From assembly GCA_963805975.1 (NCBI GenBank), contig CAWDVR010000005.1, positions 32,001-96,000 of the forward strand: a DNA stretch of 64,000 nucleotides. Direction: 5' to 3'. Each line of letters starts with the position of its first letter. The first letter of the stretch is position 1. A program made the position numbers and the translations under genes. Shown here one piece after another: positions 41,697 through 50,183 of this stretch. Origin of the DNA: an uncultured Acidobacteriota bacterium. Lineage in GTDB: Bacteria > Acidobacteriota > Thermoanaerobaculia > Multivoradales > SZUA-115. Below the pieces are notes generated by a model, which was not told where the DNA came from, searched no databases, and was given only the letters and a program-made list of their open reading frames with translations.

Positions 41697-42451
41697 GCCG
41701 CACGCCCCAGGATCTCGCGGCCGAGGGCGAGGTAGGCCTCGGCCCCTCGGCACTTGATGTCGTATTGGATCACCGGCTTGCCGTGGCTCGGAGCTTCCGC
41801 CAGGCGGACGTTTCTGGGGACGATGGTCTTGAACACCTTGTCTCCGAAGTGGCGGCGGATCTCGTCGACGATGTCGCGCGACAGGTTCGTGCGGTCGTCG
41901 TACATGGTGAGCAGGATGCCGGTGATGGTGAGCCGCGGGTTGAGCCCGCTCTGCACCCGCCGCACGGTCGAGACCAGCTCGCTCACGCCCTCGAGCGCGA
42001 AGTACTCGCATTGCAGCGGCACCACCACCCCGTCGGCGGCGGAGAGCGCGCCCACCGTCAGATGGCCCAGCGAAGGCGGGCAGTCCAGCAGGATGTAGTC
42101 GTAGCGCCCGACCACCGACTCGAGGGCGTTCTTCAGGCGCTGCTCCCAGCCCGGATTGCCCACGAACTCCACCTCGACGCCCACCAGGTCGCGATCGGCC
42201 GGAACGAGGTCGAGGTTGGGAAAGACGGTCGCGCGGGCCACGGACTCGAGCGTGCAATCCCCCGACAGCGCGTGGTAGAGGTTCTGGGGTCCGGCCTTCT
42301 CGCCGAGGCCGCGCGTGGCGTTGCCCTGGGGGTCTCCGTCCACCAGCAGCACCTTGCGCTCGAACGCCGCGAGGGCTGCACCCAGGTTGATGGCGGTCGT
42401 GGTCTTGCCGACCCCGCCCTTCTGATTGGCCACTGCCAGAATGGTTCCCAT
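41693..42451 (-). CDS. parA: Chromosome partitioning ATPase ParA/Soj
   Basis: NQKGGVGKTT, DPQGNAT, DCPPSLG, PRNVRLAEAPSHG. Confidence 0.96.
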   Translation of the reverse strand: MGTILAVANQKGGVGKTTTAINLGAALAAFERKVLLVDGDPQGNATRGLGEKAGPQNLYHALSGDCTLESVARATVFPNLDLVPADRDLVGVEVEFVGNPGWEQRLKNALESVVGRYDYILLDCPPSLGHLTVGALSAADGVVVPLQCEYFALEGVSELVSTVRRVQSGLNPRLTITGILLTMYDDRTNLSRDIVDEIRRHFGDKVFKTIVPRNVRLAEAPSHGKPVIQYDIKCRGAEAYLALGREILGRAA

Positions 42452-42464
42452 CCCGTCGTCCGCC

Positions 42465-43109
42465 TCAGTTCGTTCTTCGGCGCAGTTCCACGATACGTCG
42501 CCGGCTGGAGCCAGGGATACGGACCTCCGTTCCCAGTTCGAAGCCCTGCGGAGGCTCTGGCGCCTCCTCTCCCACCCAGAAGAGCATGCGGCCGTCGCGG
42601 GAGAGACGCTCTCCGAGAGCGGAGAGCAGCTCGGCAGGGAGCTTGAGCGCCCGCGCGGTCACGAGGTCGATCGTCGGCGCGAGATCGGCGGGCAGCGAGG
42701 TGCCGACTCTAACATTGAGGCATCGACAGTCCAACGCCGCCTTACGGGCGGCGGCCTCGAGAAAAGCCCACTTGCGCTGCCGAGCTTCGATCAAAGTCAC
42801 TCGCGCTCCGGGCAGGGCCGCGGCGAGCACCAGCCCCGGAAAGCCGGCGCCGCTGCCCAGGTCGACGATCTCCCGGCACGCCGGCTGGACGAGGGGCAAG
42901 GCGGCCAGGGACTCCCCGTAGTGCCGTGCCAAGACTTCGTCGATCGTGCCGGGACCGATGAGTGACAACGAGCGATTCCAGCGTCTCAGTTCCTGGTAGT
43001 GAGCATGGAGTGCTTCGAGAGCCTGGCCGCTCAACGAGACCGGGCTCGAAGCCGAGATCTGACGGGCGAAGGGGCGGAGATCGAGATCTGGAAGATCGTG
43101 ACGGGGCAT
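42465..43109 (-). CDS. rsmG: 16S rRNA m7G527 methyltransferase
   Basis: WNRSLSL, RHYGESL, DLGSGAGFPG, VTARAL. Confidence 0.92.
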   Translation of the reverse strand: MPRHDLPDLDLRPFARQISASSPVSLSGQALEALHAHYQELRRWNRSLSLIGPGTIDEVLARHYGESLAALPLVQPACREIVDLGSGAGFPGLVLAAALPGARVTLIEARQRKWAFLEAAARKAALDCRCLNVRVGTSLPADLAPTIDLVTARALKLPAELLSALGERLSRDGRMLFWVGEEAPEPPQGFELGTEVRIPGSSRRRIVELRRRTN

Positions 43110-43172
43110 TTGAGGATCGACCGAAGCCAACGCTATTACAAAAGCTCGACAAGAGGCAGCTCGACAAGAGGG

Positions 43173-43259
43173 ACGTTTCACGCGAAACTCCACGGTGAAA
43201 CAGCGCTCGATCCGGAGTCCTCGGCGTGCACGTTTCACGGGAAACCCTACGGTGAAACA
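43173..43259. promoter_or_regulatory. Two parS-like palindromes, each followed by an extra half-site, in a duplicated 30-bp unit
   Basis: GTTTCACGCGAAAC and GTTTCACGGGAAAC vs consensus TGTTTCACGTGAAACA; upstream of rsmG-parA-parB. Confidence 0.75.
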
Positions 43260-43599
43260 ACCCCAGAACCCGGCGGACCTCTCCCTCTTCGACGCCGGAT
43301 TCTTCATTGGCATCCTGGTTGGAGAGGGGCATTTCGGTGGAGATGGGAAGCAACCGCAGCTCACCCTGCGGATGCACGTGGATCACGAGCCGCTGTTTCG
43401 CTGGCTCGAAAGAACCTTCCCCGGCGGAAAGCTCTACGGCCCCTACGATCACGGCGGCCGGCACTACTTTCAGTGGATGGCCCGCGGCGCCTATCTGAAG
43501 GAGGTCTTGGTGCCGCTGCTCGACCAGCACCTCACTCCCGACCTCGACGCCAAGGCGTGCTCCCGCTACCGGGAGATGAAGGAGAAGTACCGCCTCTGA
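43252..43599 (+). CDS. Small single-motif LAGLIDADG-like protein (alternative GTG start at 43195)
   Basis: FDAGFFIGILVGEGHF helix then beta strands (QLTLRM, HYFQW); host-like codon usage. Confidence 0.65.
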   Translation: MKQPQNPADLSLFDAGFFIGILVGEGHFGGDGKQPQLTLRMHVDHEPLFRWLERTFPGGKLYGPYDHGGRHYFQWMARGAYLKEVLVPLLDQHLTPDLDAKACSRYREMKEKYRL

Positions 43600-44541
43600 C
43601 TAGGTGTTGGTGCTCAAGAGGTTGTTCACCCTGGAGAGGGGTGGTAGTCCGCCCAAGGCGGAATGGGGTCGATGTTGATTGTAGAAGTGGAGCCATCTGG
43701 GCAGCATCTGGGTTCGGTCCAAGGAGCTCGGGTAGGGGCGGCCGTAGGCCCATTCTCGCAAGGCGGTTTGGATGAAGCGTTCGGCCTTGCCGTTGGTTCG
43801 AGGTCGATAGGGCCGGGTGCGGCTGTGGCGTAGTCCTGCTTGTTGGCAGTTTCGGGCGAAGAGGTGAGAGCGGTAGGCCGAGCCGTTGTCGGTGAGCAGA
43901 CGTCGGATCGGTACGCCGAGCTGGTCAAACCAGGCTACAGAGCGCTGTAGGAAAGAGGCTGTGGTTTCGGCCCGTTCATCGGGCAGGATCTCGACGTAGG
44001 CGAGTCGGCTGAAATCGTCGATGGCGACGTGGGCAAACTCCCAGCCCACTCCCCGAGCGCGCTTGTTGCGTTGGCCGGTGATGCGATGGCCGATTCCGTC
44101 GATCTTGCCGAGTTTCTTGATGTCGAGGTGCAGCAGGTCGCCAGGAGCCTCCCGCTCATAGCGCACCACAGGGACTGGGGGTTCCAGGTCGCGGAGCCGC
44201 GACAGGCCGTGCCGCCGAAGGATACGGCCTATGGTAGCTCGCGACAGACCCAGAGATCGGGCCAGGGCCAGAGCGCACAGACGGTGCTTCCGGCGTAGAT
44301 CCAAGACCTTCTGCTCTTGCAAGGCCGGCAGACGATGAGGCGAGCGGCAGGGGCGCGAGGAGCGATCCAGGAGGCCGGCTTCGCCCTCGAGACGGTAGCG
44401 CTGGAGCCACTTGGCTACCGTACGCACCGACAGGCCGAGGGCTTCTGCCGCCTGACGGCGGCTCCAGCCCTCGGCCTCCACCCGCTCAATCAGCAGGGCT
44501 CGACTTTCGGGGGTCGTTTTTGCTCTTCTATGGATGTTCAC
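43600..44541 (-). CDS. IS481 DDE transposase
   Basis: NIHRRAKTT, LHLDIKKLG, AIDDFSR, TDNGSAY, TNGKAERF; GGAGG RBS. Confidence 0.95.
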   Translation of the reverse strand: MNIHRRAKTTPESRALLIERVEAEGWSRRQAAEALGLSVRTVAKWLQRYRLEGEAGLLDRSSRPCRSPHRLPALQEQKVLDLRRKHRLCALALARSLGLSRATIGRILRRHGLSRLRDLEPPVPVVRYEREAPGDLLHLDIKKLGKIDGIGHRITGQRNKRARGVGWEFAHVAIDDFSRLAYVEILPDERAETTASFLQRSVAWFDQLGVPIRRLLTDNGSAYRSHLFARNCQQAGLRHSRTRPYRPRTNGKAERFIQTALREWAYGRPYPSSLDRTQMLPRWLHFYNQHRPHSALGGLPPLSRVNNLLSTNT

Positions 44542-44626
44542 CCGGGGAGCCTCCGTGGGATGCCAGGTCTTCGACAAACCCAGCTTCCCACAGCTGCCCG
44601 GGTGAACAACCTCCTGAGCACTCACA
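43605..44626. mobile_element. IS481 family insertion sequence, 1022 bp
   Basis: TGT...ACA ends, 26-bp imperfect terminal inverted repeats, 6-bp target duplication ACTAGG (43599-43604, 44627-44632), lower GC. Confidence 0.95.
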
Positions 44627-44627
44627 A

Positions 44628-45488
44628 CTAGGCCGGAAGGACGGTGACCCGCTTGAAGTACCCGTCGCCCTCGCTCTCCGTCCGCACGCCAGGCTGATCG
44701 GCCAGGGTGAGGTGGACGATGCGGCGCTCCGCGGGGCTCATGGCCTGGAGGCGGACCGGCTGGCGGGTGTCGCGCACCGACGCGGCGGTCTCCAGGGCCA
44801 GGCGGAGAAGCTCCTGCTCGTGACTCTCGCGAAAGCCGTCGGTATCCACGTGGCAGTGCAGGCTCTCGCCTTCGACGCGCGCCAGCACGCGCTGGAGCAG
44901 GTGCTCGATGGCGCGCAGCAGCTCCGCCTCGTCGTCGAGCAGCAGCTCGCGGTCCGGGCCCGAGAGGTTGATCCGTACCTCCCCACCCTCCATCCGCACG
45001 TCGTACACGAGCTCCAGGCCGGCCAGGCGAAGGACGAGCTCGAGCGTGCTGCGGGTCCGACCGACGATCGCGGCCGGGGTATCGGCCGAGGGCGAGGGAG
45101 GAGGCTCGCTCGCCACGGGGGGCGCAGGGGGGACGGTCGGGTACGCCGGAGTGAGGCGCGGTGCCTCGCGAGGAGGAGGTGCCGCCTGCCGCGGGGCCGC
45201 CGGGGCGGGGAAAGGCTCCTGCTCGCCCGCGCGAGGGAGTGCGGCGCCTGGCGCCGTGGGAGGTAGAGCAGCTTTGGGAGTCTCGGCCGCCGCCGGGGCC
45301 TGCTGCTTGCCCGGGCTCGCGGGATCGATGTCGAGCACCACGCGCCGCGGGAACCGCAAGAAGCCGTGACGCTTCTCCACCAGGCGATACGCGATGCTCC
45401 CCGGCTCCATCCGGTGGTAGCGCGCCGCCAGCACCAGCGCCTGCTCGATCGAGTTGCCTGCGAAAAACCGTCGCTTGCGAACGTTCAT
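44628..45488 (-). CDS. jag: Jag/EloR (KhpB) R3H-domain RNA-binding protein
   Basis: Jag-N domain, Pro/Ala linker, MSPAERRIVH, TESEGDG; downstream of yidC. Confidence 0.85.
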   Translation of the reverse strand: MNVRKRRFFAGNSIEQALVLAARYHRMEPGSIAYRLVEKRHGFLRFPRRVVLDIDPASPGKQQAPAAAETPKAALPPTAPGAALPRAGEQEPFPAPAAPRQAAPPPREAPRLTPAYPTVPPAPPVASEPPPSPSADTPAAIVGRTRSTLELVLRLAGLELVYDVRMEGGEVRINLSGPDRELLLDDEAELLRAIEHLLQRVLARVEGESLHCHVDTDGFRESHEQELLRLALETAASVRDTRQPVRLQAMSPAERRIVHLTLADQPGVRTESEGDGYFKRVTVLPA

Positions 45489-45496
45489 TCCTCGCC

Positions 45497-47221
45497 TCAG
45501 GTCGCCTTGACCGCTCCGGCCTTGCCCGCCGCGGAGAGCGGCCGCTTCTTCAGCCGGTTGTAGACCGTCTGCTGGATGATCGAGAGCACGTTGTTGGTCA
45601 GCCAGTAGAGAACCAGGCCGCTGGGAAAGCCCACGAAGAGGACGGTGAAGACCAGCGGCATGGCCATCATCATCTTCCGCTGCGCCGGGTTGCCGATGGC
45701 CGGCATCATCATCTGCTGCGCGAACTGCGTCGCTCCCATGACGATGGGCAACACGTAGTACGGGTCGTGAGCCGAGAGGTCGTGGATCCACAGGATCCAG
45801 GGCGCATGCCGCAGCTCCACCGAGGCGGGCAGGATGTTGTAGAAGGCGATGAACACGGGAAGCTGCATGAGGATCGGCAGGCAGCCGCCCATGGGGTTGA
45901 CGCCCTCGCTCTTGTAGAGGGCCATCATCTCTTCGTTCATCTTGCGCTGCGTCTCGAGGTTCGGTCGCCCCTGCTTGTCCTTCATCTTGCCGGCGTACTT
46001 GCTCCGCACCACCTGCATCTTGGGGTTCAGCCCCTGCATCTTCGCGGCCGAGACCATGCTGGTGTGGGTGAGCGGCAGGAGCACGATCTTGATCAGCGTG
46101 GTCATCAGCACGATCGCCCAGCCGTAATTGCTGACCACGTTGTGGTAGATCCACTGCAGGCCGAACATCAGGGGCAGGGCGAGGAAGCGGAACCAGCCGA
46201 GCTCGATCGTGCGGTCGAGATCCTGGCCGAGCTGAGCGAGGCGGGCGTATTGCTTGGCTCCGAAGTAGGCCGCGGCCTCGAGGCGCTCCGCCTCCGGCTC
46301 GAGGAGGACCAGGAAGTCCCGCTTGAGCCCCTTCTGGTCCTTGCTCAGTTGGGATTCCGGCGGCAAGGGGCTGTAGCGCGCCACACCGGTGGCCTGATCC
46401 GGCTGGACGAGCACCGGCAGGAGACGCATCTGCTGCAGCGGTGTCGACGGCAGGAGGACCGAGAGGAAGTAGTTGTCGTCGAGACCGACCCAGGAGAGGC
46501 CGCCGCCCGGCAACGTCGTCGGCTCCTCGGCCTTCCCCGCATCCAGGCGCTCCACCTCGCCGTTCGCGCGGTAGACCGCGCGGCGTACGGCGAGCTTCGC
46601 CGAGGATTCCTCGCTCGAAGGGTTGCCGAGCCCCGGGCCCAGGAGCAGGCTCCAGTTGCCAACCCGCACAGCCTGCACCGAGACGTCGAACTGGCCGCCC
46701 TCGCCGAAGGAGAAGCGCTTCTCGACCTCACCGGCCGGTCCCCGGTAGCGGAAGGTGAGCGCCTTCGCGGCAGCGTCCTCTTCCACGACGAACAGGGCGT
46801 CGTTGACGGCCAGGGACTTGCCGTCCGCGCCGGTGAGTGCAAAGGGGTACGGCCCGTCCGCCCGCGCTCGAACCAGGTCGAGCACCTCGCCGGTGCCGGT
46901 GGTGTGCTCCTTCAACTGGAATGAGACGAGCTGCGCGCCGCGGTTGGTGAACTCGGCCACGGCGGTCACCGTCTCGAGGCGGAACCGCTGCTCGTCACCA
47001 GCCGTCACCACCGGCGAGGAAGCCTCGATCTCGGGGCCTGCCGGCACGATTTGCTCGCTGGCGGCGGCCGGGGCGTCGCTTGCCGGGGCCGGCGATGTGC
47101 CCGTGACCTCCGCCGGCGCTGTCGCTCCGGGTTGGGTTTTTTTCGGCGCCAGAAAGCGCCCCCAGAGCAGGAGCACGGCGATCGACAGCACCACGGCGAG
47201 GAGCAACCGGCGATTTTCCAC
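45497..47221 (-). CDS. yidC: Membrane protein insertase YidC
   Basis: NYGWAIV, NPMGGCLP, WIHDLSAHDPYYVLP, PSGLVLYW. Confidence 0.96.
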   Translation of the reverse strand: MENRRLLLAVVLSIAVLLLWGRFLAPKKTQPGATAPAEVTGTSPAPASDAPAAASEQIVPAGPEIEASSPVVTAGDEQRFRLETVTAVAEFTNRGAQLVSFQLKEHTTGTGEVLDLVRARADGPYPFALTGADGKSLAVNDALFVVEEDAAAKALTFRYRGPAGEVEKRFSFGEGGQFDVSVQAVRVGNWSLLLGPGLGNPSSEESSAKLAVRRAVYRANGEVERLDAGKAEEPTTLPGGGLSWVGLDDNYFLSVLLPSTPLQQMRLLPVLVQPDQATGVARYSPLPPESQLSKDQKGLKRDFLVLLEPEAERLEAAAYFGAKQYARLAQLGQDLDRTIELGWFRFLALPLMFGLQWIYHNVVSNYGWAIVLMTTLIKIVLLPLTHTSMVSAAKMQGLNPKMQVVRSKYAGKMKDKQGRPNLETQRKMNEEMMALYKSEGVNPMGGCLPILMQLPVFIAFYNILPASVELRHAPWILWIHDLSAHDPYYVLPIVMGATQFAQQMMMPAIGNPAQRKMMMAMPLVFTVLFVGFPSGLVLYWLTNNVLSIIQQTVYNRLKKRPLSAAGKAGAVKAT

Positions 47222-47260
47222 GACTGGGATCTTCCTCTTACGAATTACGAATGAATGGGA

Positions 47261-47467
47261 TCAGGGTACGTCGATACCGCCGGGGTGGAAGGGATGACAA
47301 CGCAGGAGCCGGCCCACCGCCATCACCCCGCCGCGCATCGCGCCGTGCTTACGGATGGCGAGGCTCGCGTATTCGGAGCAGCTCGGCGCAAAGCGGCAGG
47401 CGCGCGGCAGGAGCGGTGACAGCCAACGCTTGTAGAGGGCCAGCATTTCGCGTAGGAGTCGGCTCAT
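47261..47467 (-). CDS. yidD: Membrane protein insertion efficiency factor YidD
   Basis: [30 protein letters not shown]. Confidence 0.93.
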   Translation of the reverse strand: MSRLLREMLALYKRWLSPLLPRACRFAPSCSEYASLAIRKHGAMRGGVMAVGRLLRCHPFHPGGIDVP

Positions 47468-47871
47468 CGCTCGGCCCGCGAGCCGGGAAGCAGCCTCGTC
47501 AATACTGTTGCCAGCTCGGTCGAGATCTCGGCAAAACGCCCCTTGGCCGAGGTCGGCTTGAGGTGGACGACCACGTCGACTCCCGGCAAGCGGCTGCGCT
47601 CGCTCCAACGGCGATAGATCTCGCGCACCCGGCGCTTCAAGAGCTGGCGCACCACGGCACCTCCGACCTTGCGGCTGGCCGTGATGCCGAGACGCGGGTG
47701 CGGAAGCTGGTTGGGTGCGAAGTGCAGGGTCAGTAAAGAACCGTGCAGGCGGCGCCCCCGCTGGTAGCACCTCTGATAGTCGACCCGGCGCCGCAATCTG
47801 TGCTCCGGGGCCAGGCCCTCGCTGCCGCGGACGGCGGCAACCGACGGCTCCGGCCCGAGCGCATCAGACAC
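47464..47871 (-). CDS. rnpA: Ribonuclease P protein component
   Basis: [33 protein letters not shown]. Confidence 0.9.
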   Translation of the reverse strand: MSDALGPEPSVAAVRGSEGLAPEHRLRRRVDYQRCYQRGRRLHGSLLTLHFAPNQLPHPRLGITASRKVGGAVVRQLLKRRVREIYRRWSERSRLPGVDVVVHLKPTSAKGRFAEISTELATVLTRLLPGSRAER

Positions 47872-47998
47872 TGAGCCGCTTGCGGCCCTTGCGGCGGCGG
47901 GCGGAGAGCACCGCGCGGCCTTGGCGGGTACGCATGCGGACGAGGAAGCCATGGGTCCGCTTGCGCCGGCGGTTGTTCGGCTGAAAAGTTCTCTTCAC
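47864..47998 (-). CDS. rpmH: 50S ribosomal protein L34
   Basis: Manual translation [44 protein letters not shown]. Confidence 0.96.
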   Translation of the reverse strand: MKRTFQPNNRRRKRTHGFLVRMRTRQGRAVLSARRRKGRKRLSV

Positions 47999-48134
47999 GG
48001 TCGTCTGCCTTCTATACTCGAGGTCATCGGGGTGCTCGCGGGCAAGCCTCAGGCTGCCGCACGACGCGGGTCGCGAACGAATCTCGTAGGTTATTCGAGT
48101 ACGGTCCTGGGGTCAAACACCTCCCTCCCCGAAG

Positions 48135-49295
48135 ATGCCGCCGCCGCTCCGCCTGCGGGCCACGTCTTGGTTCGGCGATGCCGTCCTGGCGATGGCGGGG
48201 GTGCCCGCCCCGGGGCGCCTGCCGCCGCCCGCACCGGGTCCGCCCCACCCTCCCCGCTCGCTCGCCGAGCTCTGGACCGCAATCCGGGTCATTCCGCGCG
48301 CCGGCTCCGCGCTCGGCGGTTTGCGCGCCACCCTGAGCGCAGTGCGCGGAGACCTCCTCCGGAAGCAGCTCGACCAGCGGCCCGGCTTTGCCGGCCGCGG
48401 CTCGCCGCCACCCGGCTTCGGCGAGATCGACGGCATCGAGGTCGAGCCGGGCCGTTCGCCTCTCCATGCCTGGATCCATCCGCCCGCGGCCGGCCGGCCG
48501 GTTCTGTTCGTGTTGCACGGCCTCTACGACAGCCGGCAGAGCGGCTACGTCCTCCGCACCGCCGAATGGCTGGCCGGCCTCGGCTTCGGTGTCGTGGCGC
48601 CGGACCTCCGCTGGCACGGCAGGCTTTTCGGCGCCGAGCACATGCCGACTCTCGGCCTCCTCGAAGCCCGGGACCTCATCGCCTGGAGCCGCTTCCTCCA
48701 CGCCCGGCATCCCGGCCACCCGCAGGGCCTCCTGGGTTTCTCGCTGAGCACCCTAGCTGCGGCTCACGCCCTGGCTTCGCCGGAGGCCGCGACCCTGTTC
48801 GCGAGCGGCGGGGTGCTGGTCTCGCCGCCGGGTCCGCTCGCCCAGGCCCTGGACCTTCTCGACAAGGTTTCCCTCTTCGCCCATCCCCCGGGCTCCGGTG
48901 TGGTGCCGTTTCTCTTTCGCCGGCTCCTGGTCGAGCGCATGGAACGGCTGGGGCTGGGGAGAGCCGAGCACCGTCCCTTCGCGGCTCTCCTGGCAGAGGT
49001 CGGTCGACGACGGCCGCTAGGGGCGTTGCTCACGCCCGCCGAGCTCCTGGCCGAGGCCGATCACCTGCCGGCGCTCGCGCGTGCCCGCCGGCCGCTCCTG
49101 CTGCTGTGCTCGGAGGACGACCCCATCTTTCCCGCGCCGGCGCCCGTACAGCTCGCGGAGGCAGCGGCCGGCAACGAGCGCGTGCTCGTCCTGCCCTCAC
49201 CCTCTGGCGGCCACCTGGGGCAGCTCGCACTCCATTCGCAGTGGTTCGCCGACGTAGTCGCCCTGTTCGCGACCCACTCGGCCACGCTCGAGTGA
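48135..49295 (+). CDS. Alpha/beta hydrolase
   Basis: LHGL, DLRWHG, GFSLS nucleophile elbow, EDDP, GGH. Confidence 0.75.
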   Translation: MPPPLRLRATSWFGDAVLAMAGVPAPGRLPPPAPGPPHPPRSLAELWTAIRVIPRAGSALGGLRATLSAVRGDLLRKQLDQRPGFAGRGSPPPGFGEIDGIEVEPGRSPLHAWIHPPAAGRPVLFVLHGLYDSRQSGYVLRTAEWLAGLGFGVVAPDLRWHGRLFGAEHMPTLGLLEARDLIAWSRFLHARHPGHPQGLLGFSLSTLAAAHALASPEAATLFASGGVLVSPPGPLAQALDLLDKVSLFAHPPGSGVVPFLFRRLLVERMERLGLGRAEHRPFAALLAEVGRRRPLGALLTPAELLAEADHLPALARARRPLLLLCSEDDPIFPAPAPVQLAEAAAGNERVLVLPSPSGGHLGQLALHSQWFADVVALFATHSATLE

Positions 49296-49332
49296 GGTGA
49301 AGCTGTCGGGGGGACTTCGGTGCAGGGGGAAA

Positions 49333-49423
<91 letters not shown>

Positions 49424-49438
49424 AGGTCTGGCAAGCAT

Positions 49439-49528
<90 letters not shown>

Positions 49529-49544
49529 ACGGACTTCTCAAAGA

Positions 49545-50042
49545 TCAAGGCCGGCTAGCAGGCGCACCGCTCGCGCGGCGCCTCAGGGCGGCAAAAAACT
49601 CTTTCAACAAGGCCCCGCACGGCTCGGCGAGAACCCCGCCCTCGACTGCGAGGCAGTGATTCAAGCGCGGATCGCGAACCAGATCGCCCAAGGTGCCGCA
49701 AAAACCGGCCTTGGGGTCGCTCGCGCCGAACACCAGGCGTCCAACCCTGCTGTTGACCAGCGCCCCCGCGCACATGGCGCAGGGCTCGAGAGTGACGTAC
49801 ATCGTCGTTCCCTCGAGCCGCCAGCCACCGATCGCCGCCGCCGCCTGTCGGATGGCGATCAGCTCTGCGTGAGCCAGCGGATCCCGGTCCAGCTCCCGCC
49901 GGTTGTGCCCGCGGCCGATCACCTGGCCGCCGCTTACGATCACGGCACCGACGGGTACCTCGCCCAGCGCCGCGGCACGCACCGCCTCCGCCAGAGCGAG
50001 GCCCATCCAATCACGGTCCTCGTCCACTGACGGCGGCAGCAT
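49545..50042 (-). CDS. tadA: tRNA adenosine(34) deaminase
   Basis: GEVPVGAVIV, AHAE, VTLEPCAMCAGA, DPKAG. Confidence 0.95.
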   Translation of the reverse strand: MLPPSVDEDRDWMGLALAEAVRAAALGEVPVGAVIVSGGQVIGRGHNRRELDRDPLAHAELIAIRQAAAAIGGWRLEGTTMYVTLEPCAMCAGALVNSRVGRLVFGASDPKAGFCGTLGDLVRDPRLNHCLAVEGGVLAEPCGALLKEFFAALRRRASGAPASRP

Positions 50043-50095
50043 GATGCTCCCGCTTTCGCGGGCCGCCGATCATACCGGAAGGCCAGGGAGAAGGT

Positions 50096-50119
50096 AAAAC
50101 GGCGGCTCGGGCCGCCGTT
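50096..50119 (-). terminator. Probable intrinsic terminator of the S8 protease gene
   Basis: 9-bp stem AACGGCGGC/GCCGCCGTT ending in a short U-run on the minus strand. Confidence 0.5.
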
Positions 50120-50183
50120 GGGTAACTACCGAGGAGGAGGAAGTGGCGGCCCGCGCTCCCCTGCGCGCCGCCACTCGGGAGGG

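Noticed and set aside
43143-43259. Possible mini-CRISPR array
   Set aside because: Only two units, they match parS, and no cas genes are in the window.
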